From assembly GCA_005222975.1 (NCBI GenBank), contig NJBI01000029.1, positions 1 through 43,477 of the forward strand: a stretch of DNA of 43,477 bases, given 5' to 3'. Source of the stretch: Promethearchaeota archaeon Loki_b31. Its GTDB lineage: Archaea > Asgardarchaeota > Lokiarchaeia > Sigyniarchaeales > SOKP01. The notes below the pieces were generated by a model, which was not told where the DNA came from, ran no database searches, and saw only the letters and a list, made by a program, of their open reading frames with translations. Made by a program: the position numbers and the translations under genes. Below are positions 1 to 8,527 of the stretch, in pieces; within the stretch, counting starts at the first letter, position 1, and each line of letters starts with the position of its first letter.

Positions 1-137
1 CTTTTTGATACACTCATGATAATATAATGGATCATTCTTGTATTTCAACTTTTCGTTCTTTTTGTCGCCGATTACGCCCTGTAACGAGCTAGAATAAAAA
101 AAATAAAGATTAGATTAAAAATATATGAAAAAAAAGG

Positions 138-2330
138 TTATTTACTTTTTATTTTTTTCATTAAAATTATTGCTACTAAGGAAATCACTCCAAATATCAA
201 AATTACATCGTATCCAGGAATAGGTGGTTCAGAAATAGGTGGTTCAGATGGAATGCTTTTTATTACAGTAACACTACTCGTTCCTATTTTGCCAGTATCA
301 TCTTCCGCAGAGAACGTGATTAATATATTTCCCTGAGAAGCGCTATCCCATGCGGTTTGGTTTACAGTTCCAATTAATCCTGAAAAGGTATAATTTGTTA
401 CTCCTCCATCTATAGTATACCATGTAGAATCTATTGGGGATTCATCAATAATAGTAATACTAAATGTAGGAGCATCAACTCCAAATTCTTGATCGGATAC
501 CGGTGAATGTATAGTAATATCTGGTGGTGTTAAATCGTCGGATTCGATATATACAGGATAAAACCATGCTCTATCCATAGGGTTAGGGACCCATCCATGG
601 ACATAAGTTTGCCAGGCATCATAATTTATACCTGTAATAAGTGTCATGCCAGGCATATATTCTTCAACCATTAACTTTTGTATCATCCAGTACATATTTT
701 CCCTTACTGCTGGGTCAGTTTCTGTTAGAGCATCATCCATTAATACTTGTACATCGGGTTCGTAGAAGTTGCCTCCGTTTATATCGGAAACATTACTCCA
801 AATAGGATTGATGTAATTTTCAGGGTCAAGATAATCAGGAGCCCAACCGAGCGCGTACATATCCATTTTTTCTCGGTCTTCTATTATCATATCTAGTAAT
901 TCACCCCAATTTACTCCGTTTACATCTAATTTGACACCAACGTATTTAAGATCAAAAGCTAATCTAAGTCCTATATTTTCCCTAAAATAATTTCCAATAT
1001 TCCACGTATAGTTGTAATGTGCGAGAGGACTACCACCGTTTGCAACGGCAATCCACTCGGCGTCTGTGCTTAATGCAGATAAACCTGCAGCAGTACATAA
1101 TGGTCCCCAAACAGAGTCAGTAAGGAGTTTATTTCTTGCCACAGATCTATCGAAGATAGCACAGTCTAAACTATAGTTTGCGTATGGAATACCTTGTGGA
1201 ATGTAAGTTGGCCATCTAAGAGCGACTTCATCGTAAACAACATCGATAATATACGAGTAATTAAGTGAATACGATACGGCATGCCTCATAGCTTTATCAA
1301 GGTGTAAATAATTGAATGTAATCCAAGCAACGGTTAGGGTATTTCCATATTCTTCACACGATATATCAGGATCGGCTTGGAATACAGGAATGAAGCTTGG
1401 GTCCACGCTATCTATAAGGTCAATAACACCGGATAATAAACCGTTACGCAAAGTAGTAGGATCTGGTACAATCGAATATATTAAAGTTTCAAGTTGAGTA
1501 GGACCTGTATTATCAGGAGTACCCCAATAGTCGGCAAACCCCTCGAAGCTTACCTCGTATAGAGGTATATATCCTATGTATTTGAATGGTCCAGTACCTA
1601 TCAATGTATCAGAGAGTTGATAATAATCAAGAGGTGGTGTTGATTCAGGTGATAATATACCAGAGCCACTAGAAGTCAAAAGAGATAGGAATGATGCTTT
1701 TGGCGCATTTAACGTAATTTTAAATTGGTAGGTGCTGAGAACTTCAGTTTTGTTAATAACTCGTTTTCCGTCGGGCTGTTTATATAAAATGCCTAATTGA
1801 GTTAGAGGTATTGTAACTGGAACTGGGACATTAAATGGTGCCGGCAGATCTGCATTGCCAGAATAATTCATGAAATAACATAGCCTATCGAAGCTCCATT
1901 TAACGGCTGCTGCGTTAAGATCAGATCCATCATGGAATTTAATTCCTTGTCTGAGTGTAATGGTATATTCTGTTCCATCAGGTGAGATTATAGGGAAGTC
2001 TGATGCTAACCACGGAATAATTGGAAGATCTAAATCCGAGATATTAAACTGATAGAGGTGTTCAACAACTTGTTTAATTACTTTATTTGAAGGAGTATCA
2101 TAGGCATAGTGAGGATCTAAGTCTGTAATACCATAATATGTGCCAAAAACAAGTGATTGTTCTATTGGTGGTGCTGATACTTCAAGAAAAGGATTTTCTT
2201 CATTAAAAAAATCCAATTCTTTATTAGGGTTCTCTTGATATTTACAAAATTCTCTACCTAATATACTGGATAATGCCAGAGTACATCCCAACAGTAATAA
2301 AACTATTATTGCTTTAACATTTTTGTGCAT
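138..2330 (-). CDS. ABC transporter substrate-binding protein, family 5 (DppA/OppA-like), with C-terminal Ig-like domain and Loki-CTERM-like membrane anchor
   Basis: N-terminal hydrophobic signal; motifs LDPH, LRQGIKFHDG, GTGPFK, GWAPDYLDP; Pro-rich linker followed by IPGY, a hydrophobic helix and a basic tail (KKIKSK). SD GGTGA upstream. No permease or ATPase genes in the window. Confidence 0.92.
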   Translation of the reverse strand: MHKNVKAIIVLLLLGCTLALSSILGREFCKYQENPNKELDFFNEENPFLEVSAPPIEQSLVFGTYYGITDLDPHYAYDTPSNKVIKQVVEHLYQFNISDLDLPIIPWLASDFPIISPDGTEYTITLRQGIKFHDGSDLNAAAVKWSFDRLCYFMNYSGNADLPAPFNVPVPVTIPLTQLGILYKQPDGKRVINKTEVLSTYQFKITLNAPKASFLSLLTSSGSGILSPESTPPLDYYQLSDTLIGTGPFKYIGYIPLYEVSFEGFADYWGTPDNTGPTQLETLIYSIVPDPTTLRNGLLSGVIDLIDSVDPSFIPVFQADPDISCEEYGNTLTVAWITFNYLHLDKAMRHAVSYSLNYSYIIDVVYDEVALRWPTYIPQGIPYANYSLDCAIFDRSVARNKLLTDSVWGPLCTAAGLSALSTDAEWIAVANGGSPLAHYNYTWNIGNYFRENIGLRLAFDLKYVGVKLDVNGVNWGELLDMIIEDREKMDMYALGWAPDYLDPENYINPIWSNVSDINGGNFYEPDVQVLMDDALTETDPAVRENMYWMIQKLMVEEYMPGMTLITGINYDAWQTYVHGWVPNPMDRAWFYPVYIESDDLTPPDITIHSPVSDQEFGVDAPTFSITIIDESPIDSTWYTIDGGVTNYTFSGLIGTVNQTAWDSASQGNILITFSAEDDTGKIGTSSVTVIKSIPSEPPISEPPIPGYDVILIFGVISLVAIILMKKIKSK

Positions 2331-2380
2331 TTATGTCACCATTAAATTTATGGATCAAAGAAGAATGATTATAATATTAT

Positions 2381-2404
2381 ATTTATATCTTTTGATACAT
2401 TCAT
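2381..2404 (-). promoter_or_regulatory. Putative BRE/TATA promoter of the SBP gene
   Basis: Minus strand reads ATGAATGTATCAAAAGATATAAAT, about 50 bp upstream of the ATG: a purine-rich BRE-like stretch then a TATA-like box. Confidence 0.5.
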
Positions 2405-2499
2405 TTATCCTCGAAAAAATACAAATAGCTTAGCCTTTAAATTAAAATGTGAAGTATAAATATTAAAAATTAAAAAAAAGAAAAAAGTAAGAGATTGGA

Positions 2500-2799
2500 T
2501 TAACTAATTAAACCAAAAAAAGCTGCTAAAAGTATTATAATTCCGCCGATTAAAACCGCAAAAACAATTAGAACCACGCCAATTGCCCCTAATATGAATG
2601 GAGTGTAATGTATCGGCTTTATACCCAGAAAAATTCCTACTAGTGCTAGAATTAGTCCGAAAACGCCGCTAAGTATTCCAAATCCATATGGCATTAACCC
2701 TAAACCTACAAGAATCATGATTGCCTCGACTAAACTAATGATACCTCCTACAACGGCCATAACCCTCATAGCTTTATCCGTTTCTTGATATTCGCTCAT
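2500..2799 (-). CDS. Small multi-pass membrane protein, unknown function
   Basis: 99 aa, almost entirely hydrophobic and Gly-rich, 3-4 TM segments; ATG start with GTGAT upstream. Confidence 0.75.
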   Translation of the reverse strand: MSEYQETDKAMRVMAVVGGIISLVEAIMILVGLGLMPYGFGILSGVFGLILALVGIFLGIKPIHYTPFILGAIGVVLIVFAVLIGGIIILLAAFFGLIS

Positions 2800-2969
2800 T
2801 TAATAATCACTTTAAAAATATTTTAGTTTTTAACTAGAAAATAGATTATTTCCACTTAAAAATTTATAGTGCAATATAATATTGTATTTTGAATTCAATT
2901 GATAGTATTAATCAGTATTATTAGACTCTGTATCTGTTTAAATATAGGTAATCCTATTTAAGTATTAAC

Positions 2970-4178
2970 TTGAGATTATCTGAAACAATATACATAAAGC
3001 ATTCTGACCAACTTTCTAAATTGTGTCATTTAGCTAAGAATTTATATAATTTAGCTAATTGGTATGTAAGACAAGATTTTCTTAAATTGAATAACTTTCT
3101 CAATTACTACGATCTGGATTATATATTAAAAGATAAACAAGTATTTAGAAAATTACCTTCTCAGACTTCTCAACAGATTCTAAAGCTAGTTAATAGAAAT
3201 TGGAGATCCTATTTTAGAGCATTGGAAGAATTTAGAGCAAATCCTAAAAAATTTAAGAACAAGCCAAGAATTCCACGCTATAAAAAGAAGAACGGAGAAT
3301 CTATCGTTATTTTTACAAACCAGCAATGCAGAATTAAGGAGGGGTATCTATTCTTTCCAAAAAGAGCTAATCTCAAACTAACGAAAACAAGAATAAAGGA
3401 AAAACTAAAAGAAGTAAGGATTATTCCATTAGGGATAAAATATAAGATAGAAATGATATACGAAAAATTAGAGCAGGATTTAGGATTAAATAAAAATAAT
3501 ATATTATCAATTGATTTAGGCTTGAATAACCTTATAACTGCTGTAAATAATATTGGGTTAGATCCAATTATTATTAAAGGTAAGGTGATAAAATCTATAA
3601 ATCAATATTACAACAAACAATTAGCTCATTATAGAAGTATCGAAAACAAGAAGAGTAATTTCCAAGACACTAAAAGGATTCAAAAATTACATCTAAAGAG
3701 AAATAATAAAATAAACACCATATTTCACAGAATTTCTAGACTTTTAATTGATTATTGCATCGAAAATAATCTTGGAACTATTATAATTGGATATAATGAT
3801 GGCTGGAAGCAGAATATAAATATTGGTAAGAAAAATAACCAGAAATTCGTTCAGATTCCGTTCTTAAGGTTGATTAATCAAGTTAAATATAAATCAGAAT
3901 TGATTGGAATTACAGTAATAACAATTAATGAGAACCACACGTCTAAGTGTAGTTTTCTCGACAACGAAGAGATTAGACACCATAACAAATATGTAGGTAA
4001 AAGAATTAGTCGGGGATTATTCAGAACTTCCAATGGTACGCTCATCAATGCCGATGTAAATGCAGGTTATAATATAATGAAAAAGGTATTCCCAAATTCC
4101 GTAAAGGTTGATGGGATAGAGGCATTCGGACTGATGCCACAAGTAATTTATCAAAATATATTTGATACTATTATTTGA
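2970..4178 (+). CDS. tnpB: RNA-guided endonuclease TnpB (IS200/IS605 superfamily), rearranged RuvC-II type
   Basis: KNLYN, LPSQTSQQIL and PRYKKK N-terminal motifs; RuvC-I SIDLGLNNL; IIIGYNDGWKQ; NENHTSKCS; RuvC-III NADVNAGYNI. Confidence 0.93.
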   Translation: MRLSETIYIKHSDQLSKLCHLAKNLYNLANWYVRQDFLKLNNFLNYYDLDYILKDKQVFRKLPSQTSQQILKLVNRNWRSYFRALEEFRANPKKFKNKPRIPRYKKKNGESIVIFTNQQCRIKEGYLFFPKRANLKLTKTRIKEKLKEVRIIPLGIKYKIEMIYEKLEQDLGLNKNNILSIDLGLNNLITAVNNIGLDPIIIKGKVIKSINQYYNKQLAHYRSIENKKSNFQDTKRIQKLHLKRNNKINTIFHRISRLLIDYCIENNLGTIIIGYNDGWKQNINIGKKNNQKFVQIPFLRLINQVKYKSELIGITVITINENHTSKCSFLDNEEIRHHNKYVGKRISRGLFRTSNGTLINADVNAGYNIMKKVFPNSVKVDGIEAFGLMPQVIYQNIFDTII

Positions 4179-4233
4179 AATAAAATGATATTCATTTTGA
4201 TGGTCTAGCCTATTGTTTCGAAAACAATTGATA
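4087..4233 (+). ncRNA. Putative omegaRNA/reRNA scaffold overlapping the tnpB 3' end
   Basis: Series of stems: GGCAT..ATGCC (4121-4138), TATCAAA-ATATA-TTTGATA (4149-4167), AAAATGA-TAT-TCATTTT (4182-4198), ATTGTTT-CGA-AAACAAT (4212-4228). Position matches the known origin of TnpB guide RNAs. Boundaries inferred. Confidence 0.55.
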
Positions 4234-4273
4234 AATAAAAAAAAAATGAAGGTTTATTAACTTAATCCAAAAT

Positions 4274-4315
4274 AAAAAAAGGTTCATTTAGAGATCGTAA
4301 TCGGCAAGCTCTAAA
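4274..4315 (-). terminator. Hairpin plus T-tract downstream of tRNA-Pro
   Basis: Minus strand: TTTAGAG-15nt-CTCTAAA followed by TGAACC and a T7 run, immediately after the tRNA 3' end. Confidence 0.45.
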
Positions 4316-4316
4316 A

Positions 4317-4420
4317 TGGGAGAGGAGGGATTCGAACCCTCGGCCACTTGGCCCCCAGCCAAGTTTTAAGCCGTAGAAGACATATTCCTACGGTATCATA
4401 CCAAGCTAGACCACCCTCCC
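4317..4420 (-). tRNA. tRNA-Pro(GGG) with a 30-nt intron (4365-4394) at position 25/26
   Basis: Acceptor GGGAGGG/CTCTCCC+A; D-arm GTCT-AGCTTGGTA-TGAT; anticodon arm CTTGG-CT-GGG-GG-CCAAG (anticodon 4354-4356); T-arm GAGGG-TTCGAAT-CCCTC. Removing 30 nt gives a 74-nt cloverleaf. CCA not encoded. Confidence 0.95.
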
Positions 4421-4608
4421 GTTTTTAAAAGGAGATTGTTACATAAAGATTTGGTTATTGGTTGGCGTTAACACAGTTTTGTATTATTAAAAATCTTAAA
4501 TTCTATTTATTTTTATTTATCCTATATTTTAAACCAATAATTTTTAAATTCTTTAGAGGTTTTTTAACCTTATAATTTTAATAAATTAAATTTAGCCTAG
4601 TTTAAAAA

Positions 4609-4905
4609 ATGCGTTCCAGAAAACCTTTTATTATTTTTTGGCCCCAATATTTCGACGCAAAAAGGAGTAGATCGGAGGGAAGACGCATTCCAAAGAAATT
4701 TGCTATTGATAAAATCAATACAAATGATATTGTAAAAGCAGCAAAACATCTAGGTTATAGCGCCCATTCCGAAAAAGGATATCAATATCCTAGAACGTGG
4801 TGGGACGATCCTGGTAGAGTATCAATTGATACGAAAGGTAAGGCAAAATCTAAAGTCTTAATAGAAGTTGCTAAAGAAATTAAAAAGTTACAACTAAAAA
4901 AATAA
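4609..4905 (+). CDS. srp19: Signal recognition particle protein SRP19
   Basis: IIFWPQYFDAKRSRSEGRRIPK and YPRTWW..GRV motifs. Confidence 0.95.
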   Translation: MRSRKPFIIFWPQYFDAKRSRSEGRRIPKKFAIDKINTNDIVKAAKHLGYSAHSEKGYQYPRTWWDDPGRVSIDTKGKAKSKVLIEVAKEIKKLQLKK

Positions 4906-4914
4906 TCAATTATT

Positions 4915-5286
4915 ATGCACGAATTTTCTTTTGCCTATGACATCTTCAAAATTGCCGAAGCTACCGCTTTAAAATATAACGCTAATAAAATTTCACAAGT
5001 ATATCTCGAGATTGGCGAGTTAACCTTAATAGTTCCTGAGCTACTCAAACGGTCGTTTGAAATGGCAACTAAAGGCTCGATTGCTGAGGGTGCCGAATTA
5101 AAAATAGAAATAGTACCGGGAAAAATTAAGTGTCGAGATTGCAGTAAAGTTTCAACCGTTACTTTAAGCGAAGAGTCGTATTTAACAGGGTTGCAATTAT
5201 TTCAATGCAGACATTGCCAAAGCAAGAATACTGAAATAATAGAAGGAAAGAAAGCTAACGTAAAAAACATTAAAATTCAAGAATAA
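4915..5286 (+). CDS. hypA: Hydrogenase maturation nickel metallochaperone HypA
   Basis: N-terminal MHE Ni motif, IGEL, two CxxC pairs (CRDC, CRHC). Confidence 0.93.
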   Translation: MHEFSFAYDIFKIAEATALKYNANKISQVYLEIGELTLIVPELLKRSFEMATKGSIAEGAELKIEIVPGKIKCRDCSKVSTVTLSEESYLTGLQLFQCRHCQSKNTEIIEGKKANVKNIKIQE

Positions 5287-5291
5287 TTTGT

Positions 5292-6029
5292 TTGAAATTA
5301 TATATGAATTTAACAGTTATTTGGGAAGGTAATTTACCATTAGAAAGAATAAAATGGGGCAAGAAGCATCTTTCTGAATATAAATTACCACACAAACTGG
5401 ATTTAAAAAGGAAAGAAAATTGGAAACGTCACTTGCAAGAAAATACTGCCGATTATGATGGTAAATTATTGTTCTTAAAGAATTTCCTTCAAAGAAATAA
5501 TAAAATAATTCTAGATATTGGATTGATTCGATTTTCAACAGTCATTTTCATGGTGAAAAATAAAATAAGCGTGAATCAAGGTATTGGAATGCTTGGGACT
5601 CAATGCTTAATTTTTTCTCCTTGTAAAAAGTATATCTTAGTAGGTGAACGTCCTTTATCTCAATCATATTATCCCGGAATAACTACAGTTCCAGGAGGAA
5701 TGCTTGAATTAGATGACTTAGAAGATAAACCAAAAGAATCCTTTATGAGGGAAATATATGAAGAAACACTGATACCTTTTCAATCTGATGCTTCTTTATA
5801 TGCCGTTTTAGCAGGATGGAATAATATTTCTGTTACCTTTCTTACTTCGATAACAATTACCGAAGACTATAATTTTGACCCAACGGAAGTCATAAGTGGG
5901 GACAAGAAAGAATGGAAGAACAACTTAAGGTGGCTTTCATTAGAAGATCTAAAAAATCTTCCCTCTAATAAATTACTTGATGGTCTTACTTATTTTCAAT
6001 TAAAAATATCTAATTTTATAGAAAATTAA
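5292..6029 (+). CDS. NUDIX-family hydrolase
   Basis: YDGK motif, PGGMLE...FMREIYEET Nudix-like box. Start may be ATG 5304. Confidence 0.75.
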   Translation: MKLYMNLTVIWEGNLPLERIKWGKKHLSEYKLPHKLDLKRKENWKRHLQENTADYDGKLLFLKNFLQRNNKIILDIGLIRFSTVIFMVKNKISVNQGIGMLGTQCLIFSPCKKYILVGERPLSQSYYPGITTVPGGMLELDDLEDKPKESFMREIYEETLIPFQSDASLYAVLAGWNNISVTFLTSITITEDYNFDPTEVISGDKKEWKNNLRWLSLEDLKNLPSNKLLDGLTYFQLKISNFIEN

Positions 6030-6084
6030 GAATGTTTAGATTAGATTAACTTAACTTAATAAACATTTAAAAAATAGAATGTAC

Positions 6085-6462
6085 CTAAATTAGTATGGCG
6101 TTAAGCACTCCGTGCTGTCCAGGTCTGCTAACTATTTTAGCCTTACCCAACTCTGTTTCGACAATAGCGCCTTTGGTGAGAATATGGCGTCTATTAAAAT
6201 CTTTAGAGGCTGGATTACTGTCAAATTTTAATATCTTAACTTTTGAGGTTTTATTTGTATTAAGGTCTGTGACATTTATAAACGTAGATGAGAACATTTT
6301 GAGCTTGGAATTTCCCCCCATAGTGCGCTGATGTTTTTTTTTTTCTTGAGCTATTTTAGTTTCAATAGGAGGCCGTTCTAGTTCTCTTTTCCTTTTTTTA
6401 TGAAAATGCTTATATTTTTTTCCTGTGTATTTTCTTTTACTTCTTGCTTGACTTCTTGCCAT
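6085..6462 (-). CDS. rps8e: 30S ribosomal protein S8e
   Basis: RSKRKYTG, RTMGGNSK, ILTKGAIVETELGKAKIVSRPGQHGVLNAIL. Confidence 0.97.
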   Translation of the reverse strand: MARSQARSKRKYTGKKYKHFHKKRKRELERPPIETKIAQEKKKHQRTMGGNSKLKMFSSTFINVTDLNTNKTSKVKILKFDSNPASKDFNRRHILTKGAIVETELGKAKIVSRPGQHGVLNAILI

Positions 6463-6615
6463 GATAAAAAGACACTCATCGACTCAAATATGTTATAATT
6501 GATAATATAATATATCTTTAAAATTTTTTGTTTAAGTGTTTATAAATTCTAAAAGAAAAATAAAAATAGGAGAAATTAATTTATTTATTATAATTATTAA
6601 ATTATTATAGAATAA

Positions 6616-7269
6616 TTGTTGAAGAGAATGATGGAAAACAAAAACAATATGCTCAACTTGGACGAGGATTCTTTAAACCGAATTATTAAATCAAGTACTA
6701 CTACCGTAGGGATAATTGTTAAAGATGCCGTTGTAGTTGGAACAGAATCTCAAGCCACCGCGGGATACACAGTAGCTACTAAAACTGCCCAGAAGCTCTT
6801 TCAGATTAACAATTACACTTGCGCTACAATCTCGGGTGGAGTGGCAGATTGCCAATATGTTGTTAACCAACTCAAAGCACTTTCCAGGTTGAAGCAAGTA
6901 GAAGAAGAAAAAGTGCCAGACCCGCAATATATCGGAAGTTTAACGAGAAACATATTATTTAGCGGAAGGTCTTACTTTGTCTGCATGATGATAATAGGTG
7001 GATATTCCCAAAAGTCTAAAAAAGGTATTCTTTATGGTGTTGATTTACTAGGAACTTTATACGAAGAAGATAAATACATTTCGTTTGGTTCCGGGGCTCC
7101 ATTCTCTTTAGGCGTTCTAGAGGCAGACTGGAAGCGAAATATGACTAAAACTGCTGGAATTGATCTAGTAAAAACCGCGATTACAAGTTCCCGAGAACGA
7201 GATGCTGCATCGGGATTCAAGATTCAAATCTGTACCATTGATAAAAGTGGTTTCAAACAAATTCAATAA
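6616..7269 (+). CDS. psmB: 20S proteasome beta subunit
   Basis: Propeptide followed by TTTVGI (catalytic Thr1), K33-equivalent in AQKLFQI, SGGVAD, GSGA, RDAASG. Real start likely ATG 6628/6631. Confidence 0.95.
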   Translation: MLKRMMENKNNMLNLDEDSLNRIIKSSTTTVGIIVKDAVVVGTESQATAGYTVATKTAQKLFQINNYTCATISGGVADCQYVVNQLKALSRLKQVEEEKVPDPQYIGSLTRNILFSGRSYFVCMMIIGGYSQKSKKGILYGVDLLGTLYEEDKYISFGSGAPFSLGVLEADWKRNMTKTAGIDLVKTAITSSRERDAASGFKIQICTIDKSGFKQIQ

Positions 7270-7437
7270 ATTGTGTGTTTGTAGATTAACAGTTTATTTA
7301 AGTACCAATTATCAGAATTATTATTCTTTATTTTTTTAAATAAATTTAAATGAAATTTATTGTATAAATTTTGTAAGTTTTAAAATTAAAAACATACTAG
7401 AGAATTTTTCTGGAAAATTCAAAGAGTTGAATTAAGA

Positions 7438-7713
7438 ATCGAGATTATTGGATATTTGGGAGATTTATTGGCTCAAAAAATCAATATAAGTCCACCTGCT
7501 GCCCGTGGATTAATAAAGCTATCGATAAAGGACGAGTTAGGTCCTTTTAAACCATATAATCAAATTGATTTTGAAGATTTGAAAAAAACTTTTGAAAATT
7601 CTCTAAAAAGAAGATTAATAAAATTAGAAGTTCAAGAATGTGAATCTATTCTTGATTATATAATAGATGAACTAACTTTAAACCAGTCGTTAATAACAAT
7701 TGGAGGAGTATAA
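7438..7713 (+). CDS. Small helical hypothetical protein, apparently co-transcribed with the downstream 7TM protein
   Basis: ORF track start TTG 7456; frame is open upstream and ATC 7438 follows SD-like GAGTTGA, so start is uncertain. Ends 3 bp before the next ATG. Confidence 0.65.
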   Translation: MEIIGYLGDLLAQKINISPPAARGLIKLSIKDELGPFKPYNQIDFEDLKKTFENSLKRRLIKLEVQECESILDYIIDELTLNQSLITIGGV

Positions 7714-7716
7714 AGG

Positions 7717-8502
7717 ATGGCCCTTATTATTTTATTCTGGATTTTCGCTATATTGTTGATATTATTTATTGTTTCACTCTTAGTTGTAGGTATTTTTTTC
7801 TTAATTAAAGGTAATCAAAATAAAATGAAGAACCTTATAGTTATAGGAATAGGTTTTATTGCAATGGTTATCGGTTTTATTGGTAGCTTTGTCTTTAATT
7901 TGGGATTTGCTTTTCAAGAAGTTTTTGTTTTTATTGGATTCGTTTTATTAGTAGTTTTTACAAATATGACGTTTTACAAAGGTAGAAAGTCAAAAGCAAA
8001 AGTAGTATTAATTGTTACGGTAATTTTAGGAGCCATACAGCTTATACTTATGACACTCCACACTCAATTTTCAATTAATACCTATTATTTCAGAGTTACT
8101 TTAGATGTACCCTATACTTTTTTAGTCTTTAATTGGATGGCGTGGTCATCCTATTCCGCTTATCAAAAAATAAAGAATAAAAATATTCAACCATGGATAA
8201 AAGTTCGATACAAATTAGTTGCTTTCGTTTCATTTATTCTCAGCTTTAATAATATATCCGAGTATTTTCAGCCTGTAGGTACTACATGGGGCGATCCTGA
8301 TAATTTAATAAGCCTAGCTGTTTTTGGTACAACTGCTGTAATATCAGTAATTTTTGCAATTGGGTTTAGTTTGGCATGGATGATGCCAAATTGCCTTAAA
8401 AAGTTTTTTAATAGGAATTATCAACTTTTAGATGAAAAAGAGTATACTGAAGAAGAATTAATGAATTTAATTAGAGAACAATTAGCGAACAGGAATAATT
8501 AA
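7717..8502 (+). CDS. Seven-TM membrane protein without an output domain
   Basis: Seven hydrophobic segments by eye; AWMMP followed by an amphipathic segment and an acidic tail (YTEEELM). SD GGAGG. Confidence 0.75.
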   Translation: MALIILFWIFAILLILFIVSLLVVGIFFLIKGNQNKMKNLIVIGIGFIAMVIGFIGSFVFNLGFAFQEVFVFIGFVLLVVFTNMTFYKGRKSKAKVVLIVTVILGAIQLILMTLHTQFSINTYYFRVTLDVPYTFLVFNWMAWSSYSAYQKIKNKNIQPWIKVRYKLVAFVSFILSFNNISEYFQPVGTTWGDPDNLISLAVFGTTAVISVIFAIGFSLAWMMPNCLKKFFNRNYQLLDEKEYTEEELMNLIREQLANRNN

Positions 8503-8527
8503 TTCTCGTAATTTTTATTCTTACAGA

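Larger units (their letters stand above)
2896..4233 (+). mobile_element. Non-autonomous tnpB-only insertion element (IS1341-like); ends approximate
   Basis: tnpB with no tnpA nearby; imperfect hairpin upstream (ATAGG-TAAT-CCTAT near 2944-2957) and several hairpins downstream. Exact ends cannot be fixed from a single copy. Confidence 0.55.

Noticed and set aside
67-4305. 10-nt inverted match GCCGATTACG (67-76) and CGTAATCGGC (4296-4305)
   Set aside because: Too short, does not extend, and encloses unrelated genes; treated as chance.
2800-4420. Integrated element using tRNA-Pro as attachment site
   Set aside because: No integrase and no duplicated tRNA 3' end found; only a lone tnpB is adjacent.
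4915-5286. Hydrogenase operon around hypA
   Set aside because: No other hyp or hydrogenase genes in the window; scattered hyp genes are common in archaea.
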